Of a DNA stretch of 64,000 bases, positions 62,616 to 64,000 are shown one piece after another. The position numbers and the translations under genes were made by a program. The notes below the pieces were generated by a model that had not been told where the DNA came from, did no database searches, and was given only the letters and a program-made list of their open reading frames with translations. Source of the stretch: an uncultured Actinomycetota bacterium (GTDB lineage: Bacteria > Actinomycetota > Actinomycetes > CAVWCF01). How positions within the stretch are numbered: the first letter of the stretch is position 1; every line of letters begins with the position of its first letter. The stretch lies in contig CAVWCF010000001.1 in the NCBI GenBank assembly GCA_963753435.1, forward strand, positions 448,001 to 512,000, read 5' to 3'.

Positions 62616-62915
62616 GTGGACAACGTTGAGCGCTTCGAGGCATTCACCGAATTGGTGACCTCCTCGTTGGAGAACGCGATGGGAACGATGCAACGAGTCC
62701 ATCAGGGTTCGGTTGACCTATCCGTGGAGTTGTTCCAACAACTCGGCTTCTGGCAGGAGCCGGCGGAGCGATACCGCAAGGCTCACGACGCTGCAATCTC
62801 CAACGTGTACGGGCGCATCGTCGAGGTGAACAACGACTTCGGCGCCATGCTGGTTCAGCAGGCCCACAATCTGGACCGGTTCCTGCGCTCAGTTGTGCCC
62901 GACGAGAAGGCCTAG
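62616..62915 (+). CDS. Hypothetical helical protein (99 aa)
   Basis: Amphipathic-helix composition; TAGGAT 6 nt before the GTG. Confidence 0.7.
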   Translation: MDNVERFEAFTELVTSSLENAMGTMQRVHQGSVDLSVELFQQLGFWQEPAERYRKAHDAAISNVYGRIVEVNNDFGAMLVQQAHNLDRFLRSVVPDEKA

Positions 62916-62926
62916 CGCCAGCCAGC

Positions 62927-63406
62927 TCACCCGGCGGCTGCCGCCTCCAGCGCAGCGATGTCGATCTTGCGCATCTGCAGCATTGCTTCGAACACCCGCC
63001 GAGCTCGTTCGGCATCGTCGCTTGTCGTCATCTCCAGCAGGAACCGAGGCGTTATCTGCCAGGAGAACCCCCAACGGTCCTTGCACCAGCCGCAGGCGCT
63101 CTCGGAACCACCGGTGTCCACGATCGCGTTCCAGTAGCGGTCGGTCTCGTCCTGGTCCTCCGTGATCACCATGAAACTCACTGATTCGTTCGGCGTGAAG
63201 TTTGGTCCGCCGTTCAGGCCCACGAATTTGCGACCCAACAGCGTGAACTCGACGGTCAACGCGTCACCGGCCCGCCCGCCGGGATAGTCACTCGCTGCCG
63301 CGTTGACCCGGCCGACCTGGCTGTCCGGGAACGTCTTTGCATAGAACTCCGCGGCCGGAAGGGCCTGCTCGTGGTCGAACCAGACACACGTGATCATTTC
63401 TGTCAT
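62927..63406 (-). CDS. VOC/PhnB-like (3-demethylubiquinone-9 3-methyltransferase-like) protein
   Basis: ITCVWFD, AAEFY..TF, LNGGP.F and CGWCKDRWGFSWQI. Confidence 0.92.
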   Translation of the reverse strand: MTEMITCVWFDHEQALPAAEFYAKTFPDSQVGRVNAAASDYPGGRAGDALTVEFTLLGRKFVGLNGGPNFTPNESVSFMVITEDQDETDRYWNAIVDTGGSESACGWCKDRWGFSWQITPRFLLEMTTSDDAERARRVFEAMLQMRKIDIAALEAAAAG

Positions 63407-63704
63407 CGTCGGCTCCCTGTGATGGCCCGGGCGAGTTGCCCAGCAAAGCGTCAAATGGTCTCGGTCATCGTCGCCTGCTGCGCTGCAGTTGCCAGCAGCA
63501 ACTCACCTTGCCACGAACGCGCGCGCTCCGGAGATATTGGATCTCCTCGCCGTCGTTGCAGAGCGCAGGGGGCGACCAACGCTGCGCCGTCTCGACTCGG
63601 ACCTATAGGCCAATGGTCACTACAGGTGGCACCGCAGGCCACCTAGCGTCACAAATGCGCTGGCCGGGCAGGCCTTGCCACGGCCAGGAATGGAGGTGGC
63701 GGTG

Positions 63705-63998
63705 ATGTACGGCACGGTGATGGTCGCGCAACTGAAGGAACCCACCACAGCGGAAGAACTACGCGAATCGATGGAGAAGTGGCGGGCATCACGCCCGGGC
63801 CGGCCCGGTCTGGTGGATGCCCAGATGCTGCTGACCGACGATGGCGGCCGGGTCGTCTCCGCGGTGCGTTTCGCCTCAAGAGAGGACTACTGGGCGATCG
63901 CGGACGACGTCGCACACGACGAGTGGTTCCAAACCAGGATTGCGCCGCTGCTGGAGGGGGAACCGACCTGGATGGACGGCAACTGGATCGAGGACTGA
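63705..63998 (+). CDS. Small dimeric alpha/beta-barrel (ABM-like) protein
   Basis: MYGT..., RPG.V, V.FASREDY..A...HDEW....PLLEGEP.W.DG.W; SD GGAGG. Confidence 0.7.
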   Translation: MYGTVMVAQLKEPTTAEELRESMEKWRASRPGRPGLVDAQMLLTDDGGRVVSAVRFASREDYWAIADDVAHDEWFQTRIAPLLEGEPTWMDGNWIED

Positions 63999-64000
63999 CC

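Noticed and set aside
63407-63704. Possible gene remnant or ncRNA in a roughly 300-bp gap
   Set aside because: Only short inconsistent frames and no recognisable RNA motif; cannot be supported

Overview
High-GC (about 69-70% by eye) actinobacterial chromosome segment. Positions 1-48,900 are compact core genome in Streptomyces/Nocardioides-like order: terC, Prim-PolC, msrB, hemQ-hemG-hemE, a whiI-like regulator, rnd, fadAB, dxs, acnA, a KimA-like transporter with two trkA genes, dut, suhB, hemH, sepH, tdk, a Pat acetyltransferase, psuG/pfkB, parC and parE. From about 49 kb the content is more accessory: deoD (about 10 single-base indels, probably consensus errors), a CP-ATP-grasp/alpha-E/transglutaminase operon, a divergent nifJ (PFOR) operon, an orphan XRE gene and several small proteins. 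The most notable observation is the third gene of the PFOR operon (58530-59414). It aligns by eye with ferredoxin-dependent bilin reductases (PcyA/PebA fold), has changed catalytic residues and ends in a BchB/ChlB PCP_red-like domain. This suggests an undescribed low-oxygen, pyruvate-driven tetrapyrrole or other reductase module in a window with no photosynthesis genes. Other signals are a WhiG/FliA-type promoter before the whiI homologue, a perfect 18-bp operator before acnA, and DevR-like boxes before nifJ. No rRNA, tRNA, CRISPR array, integrase or transposase was recognised. All family calls come from motif recognition by eye and from memory, not from database searches.
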